A stretch of DNA of 64,000 nt from an uncultured Gemmatimonadales bacterium (GTDB lineage: Bacteria; Gemmatimonadota; Gemmatimonadetes; Gemmatimonadales; GWC2-71-9), in assembly GCA_963728915.1 (NCBI GenBank), contig CAVSLV010000002.1, positions 33,457-97,456 of the forward strand, in the 5' to 3' direction. Shown piece by piece: positions 9,596-18,521 of the stretch. Each line of letters begins with the position of its first letter. Position 1 is the first letter of the stretch. Made by a program: the position numbers and the translations under genes. The notes beneath the pieces are model-generated. The model worked only from the letters and a program-made list of their open reading frames with translations. It was not told the DNA's origin and searched no databases.

Positions 9596-10705
9596 ATGTT
9601 TCGATTCCTGATTCTGTTCCTCTTCCCCCTGGCGCTTCAGGCTCAGGAGCGGGTCCGAGCCCGTGCCATGGGAGTTGCGCCGGGGATGTACCAGCCCGGC
9701 CCCCACAACGCGATCACCGATGTCCCCGGGGTTCGGGTCGGGCACTCCACCCTGATCCGGGGCGACTCAATCCGGACCGGGGTGACCGCGATCCTGCCCC
9801 ACGGCGGCAATCTCTTCCTCGACCGGGTCCCCGCCGCGGTGCACGTCGGCAACGGCTTCGGCAAGCTGCTCGGCTCGACCCAGGTGAACGAGCTGGGGGA
9901 GCTCGAGTCGCCCATCCTGCTCACCTGCACCCTCTGCGTGTGGCGCGCCGCCGATGCGCTGGTCGGCTGGATGCTGGAGCAGCCCGGCATGGAGGAGGTA
10001 CGGTCCATTAACCCGCTGGTCGGGGAGACCAACGACGGAACCCTGAACACGATCCGCTCCCGGCCCATCGGGCCGGAGCAGGTCCGCGCCGCGCTCGCCG
10101 CCGCCGACTCGGGAGACGTGGCCGAGGGCGCGGTGGGCGCCGGCGCCGGAACCATCGCGTACGGGTGGAAAGGCGGCATCGGGACCTCGTCCCGCCAGGC
10201 CGGGACCAGCGGGTTCACCGTCGGGGTGCTGGTCCAGGCCAATCACGGAGGCGACCTCACCATCCTTGGCGTGCCGGTGGGCCGGGAGCTGGGCCGGAAC
10301 GGCATAACCCGCGGGGTCTCCCGTTCCGGCGACGGCTCCATCATCATGGTCATCGCGACCGACGCTCCGCTCTCCGACCGGAACCTCCGCCGCCTCGCCG
10401 CCCGCGCCATGATGGGACTGGGCCGCACCGGCTCGCCCGCCCAGAATGGCTCGGGCGACTACGTCATTGCCTTTTCCACCAGCCCGGAGGTTCGCCGCGC
10501 CCGCACCGTCCAGCGACTCTCCACCACCGAGCTGGGCAATGAAGAGATGAATCCCCTGTTCCAGGCGACCGTCGAAGCCACCGAAGAAGCGATCTACAAC
10601 GCGCTCTTCATGGCGACCACCGTCACCAGCCGGGGAACCAGGGTGGAAGCCCTTCCGCTCGATGAGGTGCGAAGGATTCTGGCCCGCCGGGGCATTCTTC
10701 ACTAG
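9596..10705 (+). CDS. DmpA/BapA-type (S58, P1 family) aminopeptidase, secreted
   Basis: Signal peptide present. Motifs GVRVGH, TGVTAILP, GETNDG and DGSIIMVIATDAPL. Confidence 0.8.
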   Translation: MFRFLILFLFPLALQAQERVRARAMGVAPGMYQPGPHNAITDVPGVRVGHSTLIRGDSIRTGVTAILPHGGNLFLDRVPAAVHVGNGFGKLLGSTQVNELGELESPILLTCTLCVWRAADALVGWMLEQPGMEEVRSINPLVGETNDGTLNTIRSRPIGPEQVRAALAAADSGDVAEGAVGAGAGTIAYGWKGGIGTSSRQAGTSGFTVGVLVQANHGGDLTILGVPVGRELGRNGITRGVSRSGDGSIIMVIATDAPLSDRNLRRLAARAMMGLGRTGSPAQNGSGDYVIAFSTSPEVRRARTVQRLSTTELGNEEMNPLFQATVEATEEAIYNALFMATTVTSRGTRVEALPLDEVRRILARRGILH

Positions 10706-10713
10706 AGTTAGTC

Positions 10714-12222
10714 ATGCGGACTCGATGGCTTGTGGTGCTGCTTTTTGCGCTCGGATGTAGTGGAGAGCTGATCGACAATCTTCCCCCCGGGAACGAGCCT
10801 CCCACTTCCTTCACCCCCGGGCTGGCCATCCGATTCGGCGGTACCGGCAATGACGTCGTGGGCGCGATGCGAACCGACATCGCAGGAAACATCGTGGTCG
10901 CCGGAACCTTCACCGGGGTAACCACCCTGGGCGCCGCAGGCGCGTCTCCCCTGACCAGCCTGGGCGGCACCGACGGATTCGTAGCCAAGTTCGATCCCGC
11001 CGGGGCGCTCCTCTGGGCCCGCCGCTTCGGCGGCACCCTCGATGAACGGGTGACCGATCTCGCGGTTGATGGCTCGGGAAACGTTTACGTCGGGGGCGGC
11101 TTCGAAGGCGCCGCCACCTTCGACCTCGCGGGATCGGGAAACGTCGTGAACGCCCTGGGAGGTGAAGACGGTTTCGTTGCCCGGTTCGGATCCGATGGCA
11201 CCCTCTCGTGGGTCCGGCGTTTCGGCGGATTCGACCTCGACGAGGTGAGCGCCCTCACCACCGACGCAGCGGGTAACGTCTATGCGGCCGGGGCCTTCAC
11301 CGGGCAGGCCAGCGCCGCTCCCGATGGTGGACCGATCCTCCAGAGCAATGGCGGGCGCGATGGCTTCGTCCTCTCTCTCACCACCTCTGGAACGGTGCGC
11401 TGGGCCATCCCACTCGGTGGTCCTCAGGATGACGCCGCCCTGGGCATCGCCGCGGCTACGACCGGAGAAATCGCGGTCGCGGGGACATTCCATTCAACCG
11501 CGGACCTGGCGCGGGGCGGCGGCACCCCGACCGTGGTGAGCTCGCTGGGCGCCGCGGACGTGTTCTTCGCGGTCTATTCCTCAACCGGGGCGTTGCTCGT
11601 GGCCCGGGAATTCGGCGGGACCGTGGACGAGAGCATTCCGCCCGGTGGGCTGGCCCTGGACGGCACCAATACCGCCGTGCTGGTGGGAGGATTCGGCGGC
11701 TCGGTGGATTTCGATCCCGGTGCCGGCGTGGCCGCGCATGCCAGCCTCGGCACGGTGGATCTCTTTGCGAGCCGCTTCGATCTGACGGGGAGCTTCCTCG
11801 GGGTCGTCACGGTCGGCGGCATCAACGCGACGGTCAACGCCGCGCGGGCCCTACCCGCTCCCGGCGGCGGGCTGGTGGTGACCGGCTCGTTTTCGGGAAC
11901 GGTGGACTTCGACCCCGGCACCGGGGTCACCGCCCTGGCGAGTCTCGGGCTTCAGGGAGTGACCGACGCGTTCGTGGCGCGATACAGCGGGACGGGTGCC
12001 TTGAGCTGGGTGAGTCGCTTCGGTGAGGTGACCTCGATAGCGGGCCACGGGTCGAGCGGCACCGGCCTGAGCTTCACGGCCGGAGGCAATCCCCTCATCG
12101 CGGGTTACTTCACCGGCAGCACGGATTTCGATCCCGGCTCGGCTGCGTTTCGCCTCACCAGCCTGGGCGAATCGGACGGTTTCCTCGTCAAGCTGACGAC
12201 GGGCGGTGCGCTGGCTCCCTGA
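10714..12222 (+). CDS. Secreted SBBP-type beta-propeller repeat protein
   Basis: The lipoprotein-like N-terminus is LLFALGCSG. About 8 repeats have the form FGG..D....(A/L)..D..GN.Y(V/A)(A/G)G.F.G...F. Confidence 0.7.
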   Translation: MRTRWLVVLLFALGCSGELIDNLPPGNEPPTSFTPGLAIRFGGTGNDVVGAMRTDIAGNIVVAGTFTGVTTLGAAGASPLTSLGGTDGFVAKFDPAGALLWARRFGGTLDERVTDLAVDGSGNVYVGGGFEGAATFDLAGSGNVVNALGGEDGFVARFGSDGTLSWVRRFGGFDLDEVSALTTDAAGNVYAAGAFTGQASAAPDGGPILQSNGGRDGFVLSLTTSGTVRWAIPLGGPQDDAALGIAAATTGEIAVAGTFHSTADLARGGGTPTVVSSLGAADVFFAVYSSTGALLVAREFGGTVDESIPPGGLALDGTNTAVLVGGFGGSVDFDPGAGVAAHASLGTVDLFASRFDLTGSFLGVVTVGGINATVNAARALPAPGGGLVVTGSFSGTVDFDPGTGVTALASLGLQGVTDAFVARYSGTGALSWVSRFGEVTSIAGHGSSGTGLSFTAGGNPLIAGYFTGSTDFDPGSAAFRLTSLGESDGFLVKLTTGGALAP

Positions 12223-12228
12223 TCGGCC

Positions 12229-13005
12229 TCAGTGTTTGGTAGAGAAGCGATCCAGAAAATCCCGCTCGCCAGGAGTCAGACTGGCAATTCCCGACGAGCT
12301 GATCTTGTCGAGAACCCGGTCCAGCTCTTCCCGGTTGACCTCGTGCAGATGATCGCGCCGGATCGTCTTCCACCGTTCCATCGCGGTGCTGAGCGGCTCG
12401 AGCCGCGGGCCAGTCCCCTTGGCCTTCTTCCGGAACCGCGCCGAGGGTGACCGCCGCTCCATCACCTTGAGAAAGAGAAAGCCCCCCAGGAATCCGCCAA
12501 GGTGGGCGAAGTGCGCGATGTTGCCGCCCGCGCCCGGGGTAAATCCGCTGAACAGGGAAATTCCGGTCATCAGCAACACCAGAAAGCGCGCCTCGATCGG
12601 GATGATGCCCCAGATGAGGATCCGATCCCTGGGCCAGAACCAGGCGTACCCTAGCATCACGCCGAAGACCGCTCCCGAGGCCCCGATGACCGCCGCGTTG
12701 GGCGCGAGCACCAGTGAGAGCAGCGCGCCCATGATCCCGCTGGAGAAGTACAGACCGAGAAATCCGCCGCCCCCCAGCCGCGACTCGAGCCGGGGACCGA
12801 AGAAATAGAGCGAGAGCATGTTGAAGAAGACGTGACCCAGGCTCCCGTGCAGGAACAGGTAGGTCACCAGGGTCCACGGGGCCCGCAACACCTCCGACGG
12901 CACCAGCACCAGCTGGTTGACCAGGGATGCCGGCAACACCGGCATCAACAGAAAGATGATGACGTTGGCGAGAATCAGCCGGATCGACCAGCCCCAGAGC
13001 CGCAC
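12229..13005 (-). CDS. Rhomboid family intramembrane serine protease with cytoplasmic C-terminal extension
   Basis: Multi-TM protein with catalytic GASGAVFG and AHLGGFLGG motifs. Its GTG start overlaps the upstream stop by 1 nt. Confidence 0.85.
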   Translation of the reverse strand: MRLWGWSIRLILANVIIFLLMPVLPASLVNQLVLVPSEVLRAPWTLVTYLFLHGSLGHVFFNMLSLYFFGPRLESRLGGGGFLGLYFSSGIMGALLSLVLAPNAAVIGASGAVFGVMLGYAWFWPRDRILIWGIIPIEARFLVLLMTGISLFSGFTPGAGGNIAHFAHLGGFLGGFLFLKVMERRSPSARFRKKAKGTGPRLEPLSTAMERWKTIRRDHLHEVNREELDRVLDKISSSGIASLTPGERDFLDRFSTKH

Positions 13006-14168
13006 TATGGCTTCCCGCTCTGCAGCTCGACCGTTCCCGTCGTCAGGACATCCCAGTAGGTCGCGTCAGGATTCGCGGTGACCTGGAGGAACGCGGTAAA
13101 CGGCTGAAGCTGCTGCGCGCTGAGCTGGCCCGCGCCCACCTGCGGCAAGGCCCCGGGGACGCCCCGGGGCGACCACATGCCCCGGCCGAAATAGCTCCGG
13201 ATCAGGACGCTCGACGTGGTCGAGGGCAGCCGCTTCACGTTCTCGGCGAACTGCGGAAACGTCCCGCCCCGGAAGAGGTACATCTCGACATTGCTGACAT
13301 AGAACGCCGACACCGACAGGTTCATCTCCCGGAAGTACCCGGCAATCGCCTTCATTGCGATCGGCCCGGAGATGTCGCCCACCGCGGGAATGATCCGGTC
13401 CCGCCGTTCCAGGTCCCGAACCGTGCGGAAGCGTTCCTCGCTGGTCAGATAGCTCGCCTTGTGCCCGTCCTGGTCGGTGGCCAGATAGAGCTCCCGTTCA
13501 CTGGGATAGCCGGGACGGGAGGGCCGGCCCCGGCTGGTGAAGGTGATGTCGAGTCCCCGGTCGTAGAACTCGTCGTGGAAGCGCCGCAGAGTGGACCGGT
13601 CGGAATCGGCCAGGGCCACCCCCATCCGGGTGACCCGGTCCATCAGGTCGGTGTGGCTGCGCGCATAACCCGCGGTGTCGCGCGGGGTGATGTCCAGATA
13701 GGTGAGAATGTCCTCCAGCCCCGCGTCATTCCACCGGCTCAGGACCTCGGGGGCGGGCCGCCCGTACAGCAGGCAGAGGAACTCCATCCGGTTCCGCGAC
13801 ACCTCGAACATCGCCTTGAGCAGGAGATGGAGCAGCATGTTGTCGCGCCGGATATCCACCAGGACCGCAACTTCCGGCTTGATCTCGGCGATATAGGAAA
13901 AGCTCTGTTCCGGGCCGACGCCGAGGTAGGCGCCGCCATGGACCCCGAGGCTGGCCAGCGCGGGCACGACGTGGAGGTAGGAGGTTTCATTGGACACCAG
14001 GTTGTCACTGTCGAAATAGCCGCCCGGCTCGGAGAGCCGCTCCACCAGGCGGGAGAACGCGGTCGCCTGGGTGCCCGCAAGCCGGGTGGCCGTTGGCGGG
14101 AGCGGTGCGGTGAACAGGACCAGCGATTGAACCAGCAGAACCAGGGGACGCAACATCGGCTGCCTCAT
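13005..14168 (-). CDS. Secreted hypothetical protein
   Basis: A 387-aa ORF with a signal-like N-terminus and coding-like composition. It is coupled to the rhomboid gene. I recognise no family. Confidence 0.6.
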   Translation of the reverse strand: MRQPMLRPLVLLVQSLVLFTAPLPPTATRLAGTQATAFSRLVERLSEPGGYFDSDNLVSNETSYLHVVPALASLGVHGGAYLGVGPEQSFSYIAEIKPEVAVLVDIRRDNMLLHLLLKAMFEVSRNRMEFLCLLYGRPAPEVLSRWNDAGLEDILTYLDITPRDTAGYARSHTDLMDRVTRMGVALADSDRSTLRRFHDEFYDRGLDITFTSRGRPSRPGYPSERELYLATDQDGHKASYLTSEERFRTVRDLERRDRIIPAVGDISGPIAMKAIAGYFREMNLSVSAFYVSNVEMYLFRGGTFPQFAENVKRLPSTTSSVLIRSYFGRGMWSPRGVPGALPQVGAGQLSAQQLQPFTAFLQVTANPDATYWDVLTTGTVELQSGKP

Positions 14169-14220
14169 CGAGTACGACGTCAGAAAAACGGCGGTTTTGG
14201 GGAATCTACAAGGTGACCGC

Positions 14221-15348
14221 CTAGAGGACCCGCACGATCCACTCCCCCACCAGGTAGCCGACTACCGCCACGCCGAGTCCCACCACGAACATGTCGAAGC
14301 CGCTTCGAATGACTCCCCGGCCGGTGAAGAAGCTCCGCGCCGCTCCGACCCCGAAGTGGGAGAACATCGCGACGCCGAAAGAAATCCAGATCGCCGCGGG
14401 AGACTGGCTCACCAGCAGCGGGGCCACCGGGATCAAGGCACCGAAGGCGGTGGCGACTCCGGTGACCCAGCCTTCCCGGAGCGGGGTACTGGTCGCCTCG
14501 CCGATCTTGAGCTCCTCGCGGACCTGCTCTTCCAGAGCCTTCTCCGGATCGGCCATCACCGCGGTGGCGAGCTCGCTCGCCTGGGCCAGCGGAATCCCCT
14601 TGGCCTGGTAAATCAGGGAGAGCTCCTCCCGCTCCAGCTCGGGCATGAGGCGGATCTCCTCCCGCTCCATCGCGATTTCATGCTCGAAGACTTCCCGCTC
14701 GCTCTTGGCCGCCAGGTATCCCGAGGAGCCCATCGAGAGCGCATCGGCCACCATCCCCGCGAGTCCTGCGACCACCACGGCATGGGTGGCCGATCCGCCT
14801 AACCCGGCCTGGGCTCCCACCATGCCGGCCACCAGGCCGAAGTTGGCGGTCAGCCCGTCGTTGAACCCATAGACCACGTTCCGGAGAAACCCGCCCGCTC
14901 CGGTCTTGTGCCACGGCTCCCCGTGTGGCTTCCCGCCCGAGACCAGCCCGGCCAGCCGCTCGGCGTGCTCCTTCGATTCCCGCGCCAGGGTGAGCGCGGT
15001 GGGCGCGGCGGCTCCCTCCGGAGCTTCCCGGTACATCTGGAGATACCCTTTGACCTCCCGGCCTTCTTCCTGGAGCAGGAACGGCAACAGGAACCGGGGA
15101 CCCAGGCGCCGGCCCAGCCAGGCCATAACCCGCGCCCGCCTCGATGGAATCGGCGCCGGGGTCGGGTGTCCCTGCTCTGCGAGCAGGCGCTGCCACTCCG
15201 CCACATGGCGGTCTTCCACTCCGGCGAGCTGCTGATAGATCACCGCCCGGGCCTGATCCGGCTCCGCCCGGGCCAGCTCCCGGTACAGGAACGCGGCATC
15301 GGACTCGTCCGCCAGGTGGTGGAGCCAGATGTGGAGGGAATCCGCCAT
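14221..15348 (-). CDS. VIT1/CCC1-family iron/manganese transporter with N-terminal ferritin-like (rubrerythrin-type) domain
   Basis: N-terminal four-helix ferritin-like region (EDRHVAEW, ESKEHAERL). C-terminal VIT1 motifs VYGFNDGLTANFGLVAGM plus 5 TM segments. Confidence 0.85.
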   Translation of the reverse strand: MADSLHIWLHHLADESDAAFLYRELARAEPDQARAVIYQQLAGVEDRHVAEWQRLLAEQGHPTPAPIPSRRARVMAWLGRRLGPRFLLPFLLQEEGREVKGYLQMYREAPEGAAAPTALTLARESKEHAERLAGLVSGGKPHGEPWHKTGAGGFLRNVVYGFNDGLTANFGLVAGMVGAQAGLGGSATHAVVVAGLAGMVADALSMGSSGYLAAKSEREVFEHEIAMEREEIRLMPELEREELSLIYQAKGIPLAQASELATAVMADPEKALEEQVREELKIGEATSTPLREGWVTGVATAFGALIPVAPLLVSQSPAAIWISFGVAMFSHFGVGAARSFFTGRGVIRSGFDMFVVGLGVAVVGYLVGEWIVRVL

Positions 15349-15402
15349 GAATCTCCTAAGTCTCGCAGTCCCATAATACTACACCGTCGGGACCTGCTCC
15401 CA

Positions 15403-15490
15403 GGGAAATGGGGTCAGACTCCATTTCACCTTGGGAATCTCAGAGTGGTGGCTCGATCTTCCAGCGAAATGGAGTCTGACCCCATTTCCC
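15403..15490. repeat. Perfect 25-bp inverted repeat with 38-nt spacer in a divergent promoter region; each arm is itself a near-palindrome
   Basis: 15403-15427 is GGGAAATGGGGTCAGACTCCATTTC. 15466-15490 is GAAATGGAGTCTGACCCCATTTCCC, its exact reverse complement. Confidence 0.9.
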
Positions 15491-15542
15491 GCCTCGGCCC
15501 CAAGAATGCGACTTTTTCCGGCCGCGAGGCATCTTTCATCAC

Positions 15543-16100
15543 GTGTCGACCAGGACTCTCCTCATGGACGCTTTCCGGCTTGCCGACGCCGACCGAGTAC
15601 TCCCCCGAGTCAAGGCGGGAGACCCGGCGGCCCAGGAAGCCGTCTACCGGGCGTTTGAGGCGCCGGTCTACAACCTCGCCCGTCGGATCTGCCGCACCGC
15701 GGAGGATGCCGAAGACGTGCTTCAGGAGACCTTCCTGGAAGTGTTCCGGAGCATCGGGAATTTTCGAGGGGAGGGCAGTCTCTGGGGCTGGGTCCGCACC
15801 ATCGCGGCCAGCAAGGCGCTGATGCGGCTACGCCGGAACAAGTACCGCGAGACCGATGAGCTCCAGGATGATGTGGTGCCCATCCGTCGGGAAGACACCG
15901 CGCTCCGGATGGATCTCGAAGCCGCGCTGGAGCGGCTCCATCCGGTCTCCCGCGCGGTGGTCTGGCTCCACGACGTGGAAGGCTACACCCACGAAGAGAT
16001 CGCCCGACTGATGGACAAGACCGCGAGTTTTTCGAAGTCCCAGCTGGCCCGGGCGCACGCGCGGCTGCGCCGATGGCTGGGAGAGGAGGTATTGGCATGA
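15543..16100 (+). CDS. ECF (RpoE-like) RNA polymerase sigma factor
   Basis: Region 2 (DAEDVLQETFLEVFRSI, WGWVRTIA) and region 4 (HEEIARLMDKTASFSKSQLARA). Confidence 0.9.
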   Translation: MSTRTLLMDAFRLADADRVLPRVKAGDPAAQEAVYRAFEAPVYNLARRICRTAEDAEDVLQETFLEVFRSIGNFRGEGSLWGWVRTIAASKALMRLRRNKYRETDELQDDVVPIRREDTALRMDLEAALERLHPVSRAVVWLHDVEGYTHEEIARLMDKTASFSKSQLARAHARLRRWLGEEVLA

Positions 16101-16708
16101 ATCACCTGACGATGGAACAGCTGCTCTCACTGCGCGAGCCCGGGCTCGAGCCCGGGGTGCAGGCATGGCGGGATCACGCGGAAGGCTGCGAGGCCTGCCG
16201 GGGCGAGCTGGACCGGCTGGACCAGCGGATCGCCCGGTTGCGCGCCTTGCCGGTGCTCCGGCCGGCCCGGAACCGTTTCTCGGAAGTCCAGGCCCAGACC
16301 GGACGCTGGCGGTTCCGCCGCCGACTCAAGCTGATCGGAGGGAGCTCGCTCGCTCTCGCGGCGACGGTGGCGATCGCGGTCGTACTGGTTCCCGCCGGAC
16401 CGGGTACCGCTGCGGGATCGCTCGCCCAGCAGCGGGAGCTGGACTCGATCATCGCCCGTTCCCAGCGGCTCGAGAGCTTCATCCAGACCCTGGATCTCGA
16501 CAACCGGGTCACCAACGGCCGCACCGCGATGGTCGCCGCCGGCCTGGAAGACCGCGTCGCCACCATCGACCGGCAGCTCCAGGCGATCAACCTCATGAAC
16601 GATCAGTCCAGCGCGGTGCGGGCTCTTCCGCTCTGGCGCGAACGCCTGGGCTTGCTGGATGCGCTGGTCGACGTGCATACCACCGGCGCCCGTTACGTGC
16701 AGTACTGA
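16097..16708 (+). CDS. Anti-sigma factor (zinc-finger-like N-terminus, single TM)
   Basis: ATGA overlap with the sigma gene. HAEGCEACRGEL motif. Central TM segment SSLALAATVAIAVVLV. Confidence 0.7.
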   Translation: MNHLTMEQLLSLREPGLEPGVQAWRDHAEGCEACRGELDRLDQRIARLRALPVLRPARNRFSEVQAQTGRWRFRRRLKLIGGSSLALAATVAIAVVLVPAGPGTAAGSLAQQRELDSIIARSQRLESFIQTLDLDNRVTNGRTAMVAAGLEDRVATIDRQLQAINLMNDQSSAVRALPLWRERLGLLDALVDVHTTGARYVQY

Positions 16709-16728
16709 CTGCAAAGGAGTCGAGTCTC

Positions 16729-17577
16729 ATGATTGCAACCCGTCATACCCTTTTCGCCCTGGTCGCGGTAGCGGCCACGACGCCCATCGTCGGGCACGCC
16801 CAGCGCGGCGCGGACAGTGTCCGCCGCCGGGTGACCGTGTTCCGGGGCGATTCCCTCCCCTGGAAGTCCCTGTTCACCGAACGCCGGGCCCGGCTCGGCG
16901 TCACCGTGGACCTCCAGTCGTCCGATTCGACCGGGGCCCTGATCGAAGCGGTGACCCCGGGCGGCCCCGCGGCCAAAGCCGGGATCAAGAGCGGCGACAT
17001 CATAACCCGCATCGACGGGAAATCGCTGGCCGGCGCCGATGCCGGCGGGCGGCTGGTCGAGATTTCCTCCCAGCTCAAGCCGGACCAGACGGTCAGTCTG
17101 GAGTATCTCCGCGACAAGGCCCGCCGGACCGCTTCGCTCACCACCGGCGACGAGCCGATCATGGTGTTCGAGGGTCCCTCCGGACAGATGCGGTTCCAGG
17201 CCCCCGACGTGGAAATGCAGCGGTTTCCCGGCGGGTTCGCCTTCGGGACCGGCCCCGGCAACTTCATGTTCGAGATGGGTCACGGCCTGATGGATCTGCA
17301 GCTGGCTCCCCTGAACCCCGAGCTGGGATCCTACTTTGGCACCAGTGACGGCGTGCTGGTGATCGATGTGCCCCGCGAGTCCACCCTGGGGCTCAAACCG
17401 GGAGACGTGGTCCAGGCCATCGATGGCCGGAAAGTGAGCGCGGTCTCCAGCTTCTTCCGGATCCTCCGGAGCTACGATCCCGGCGACAGCTTCAAGCTCG
17501 ACATCATGCGCAACAAGAGCCGCATGACGGTGAACGGGAAGCTGGACAACCCCCGCGACCGGGACCGCGATCGATAA
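16729..17577 (+). CDS. Secreted protein with two PDZ domains
   Basis: AAAGGAG Shine-Dalgarno about 10 nt upstream. Signal peptide present. PDZ motifs GALIEAVTPGGPAAKAGIKSGDIITRIDG and GVLVIDVPRESTLGLKPGDVVQAIDG. Confidence 0.75.
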   Translation: MIATRHTLFALVAVAATTPIVGHAQRGADSVRRRVTVFRGDSLPWKSLFTERRARLGVTVDLQSSDSTGALIEAVTPGGPAAKAGIKSGDIITRIDGKSLAGADAGGRLVEISSQLKPDQTVSLEYLRDKARRTASLTTGDEPIMVFEGPSGQMRFQAPDVEMQRFPGGFAFGTGPGNFMFEMGHGLMDLQLAPLNPELGSYFGTSDGVLVIDVPRESTLGLKPGDVVQAIDGRKVSAVSSFFRILRSYDPGDSFKLDIMRNKSRMTVNGKLDNPRDRDRDR

Positions 17578-17597
17578 CCCGGCACATCGCAACCAAG

Positions 17598-17634
17598 GCG
17601 AGGGTGGGCCAGAACGGCCACCCTCGCTTTTTTT
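17598..17634 (+). terminator. Rho-independent terminator
   Basis: The stem is GCGAGGGTGG...CCACCCTCGC and is followed by TTTTTTT, about 20 nt after the PDZ gene stop. Confidence 0.75.
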
Positions 17635-17640
17635 GTATCC

Positions 17641-18477
17641 GTGATCGTCCATCTCATCGACGGGACCTACGAGCTGTTCCGCCAGTTCTACGGCCGGCGT
17701 CGCGGCAACGAGGGCCGGGACCAGCCCTTTGGCGCCGTCCAGGGCGTGCTCCACTCGATCCTGCACCAGATCGAGCAGGGTGCGACCCATCTTGGCGTCG
17801 CCACCGACCACGTCATCGAATCCTTCCGCAACGACCTCTGGCCGGGATACAAGACCGGGGAAGGCATCGAGCCCGCCCTCTGGCGCCAGTTCCCCGAGCT
17901 GGAAACCGCGCTCGCCGGGATGGGAATCGTGGTCTGGCCCATGATCGAGCTCGAAGCCGATGACGCCCTCGCCTCCGCGGCGCGGCTCGCCCAGGTGGAC
18001 CCACGGGTCGACCAGGTATGCATCTGGGCCAACGACAAGGACCTGGGCCAGTGCGTCCGGGGCACCCGGGTGGTCCAGATGATCCGGCGCAACAACGAAA
18101 TCAGGGATGAAAGCGGGGTGGAGAAGAAATTCGGCGTCGGACCCCCGTTGATCCCCGATTACCTGGCCCTGGTCGGTGACGCCCAGGATGGATACCCCGG
18201 CATCCCCGGGATCGGCCCCGCGACCGCGGCGCGGCTTCTCAACCGCCACGGGCCGATCGAGCAGTTCCCGTCCGACGTGTTAGGAGAAAGGCTCGAGTCC
18301 GCCCTCCTCTTCAAACGGCTCGCCACCTTGCGCACCGATGCCGCCCTCTTTGCCGACGTCGATCAGCTCGCCTGGGGCGGTCCTGCACCGTCGTTCCCCG
18401 CCCTCGCCGAACACATGGGAGATCCCCGACTGGCAATACGTTCCGCCGCCGCGGCAGCCGGCCGCGTCGCGTCCTGA
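17641..18477 (+). CDS. 5'-3' exonuclease / flap endonuclease (Xni/ExoIX-like)
   Basis: The GTG start is followed by IVHLIDGTYELFR. Acidic metal-site motifs ATDH, ELEADD and NDKDLGQ are present. An H3TH region follows (GDAQDGYPGIPGIGPATAARLL). Confidence 0.8.
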   Translation: MIVHLIDGTYELFRQFYGRRRGNEGRDQPFGAVQGVLHSILHQIEQGATHLGVATDHVIESFRNDLWPGYKTGEGIEPALWRQFPELETALAGMGIVVWPMIELEADDALASAARLAQVDPRVDQVCIWANDKDLGQCVRGTRVVQMIRRNNEIRDESGVEKKFGVGPPLIPDYLALVGDAQDGYPGIPGIGPATAARLLNRHGPIEQFPSDVLGERLESALLFKRLATLRTDAALFADVDQLAWGGPAPSFPALAEHMGDPRLAIRSAAAAAGRVAS

Positions 18478-18521
18478 ACCACATCGCGCGGACCGGCGGC
18501 GGGGGTTATAGTAGTGTTGCC

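Noticed and set aside
14169-14220. A weak AAAAC-GGCG-GTTTT hairpin downstream of the VIT1 gene, considered as a terminator.
   Set aside because: The stem is only 5 bp and AT-rich, with a marginal T-tract. This is too weak to call.
15403-15490. Interpreting the inverted repeats at 15403-15490 and 58376-58454 as the termini of an insertion sequence or MITE.
   Set aside because: Only 37-38 nt lie between the arms, so there is no room for a transposase. I see no flanking target-site duplication, and the two elements share no sequence. A MITE remnant cannot be fully excluded without genome-wide copy counts.
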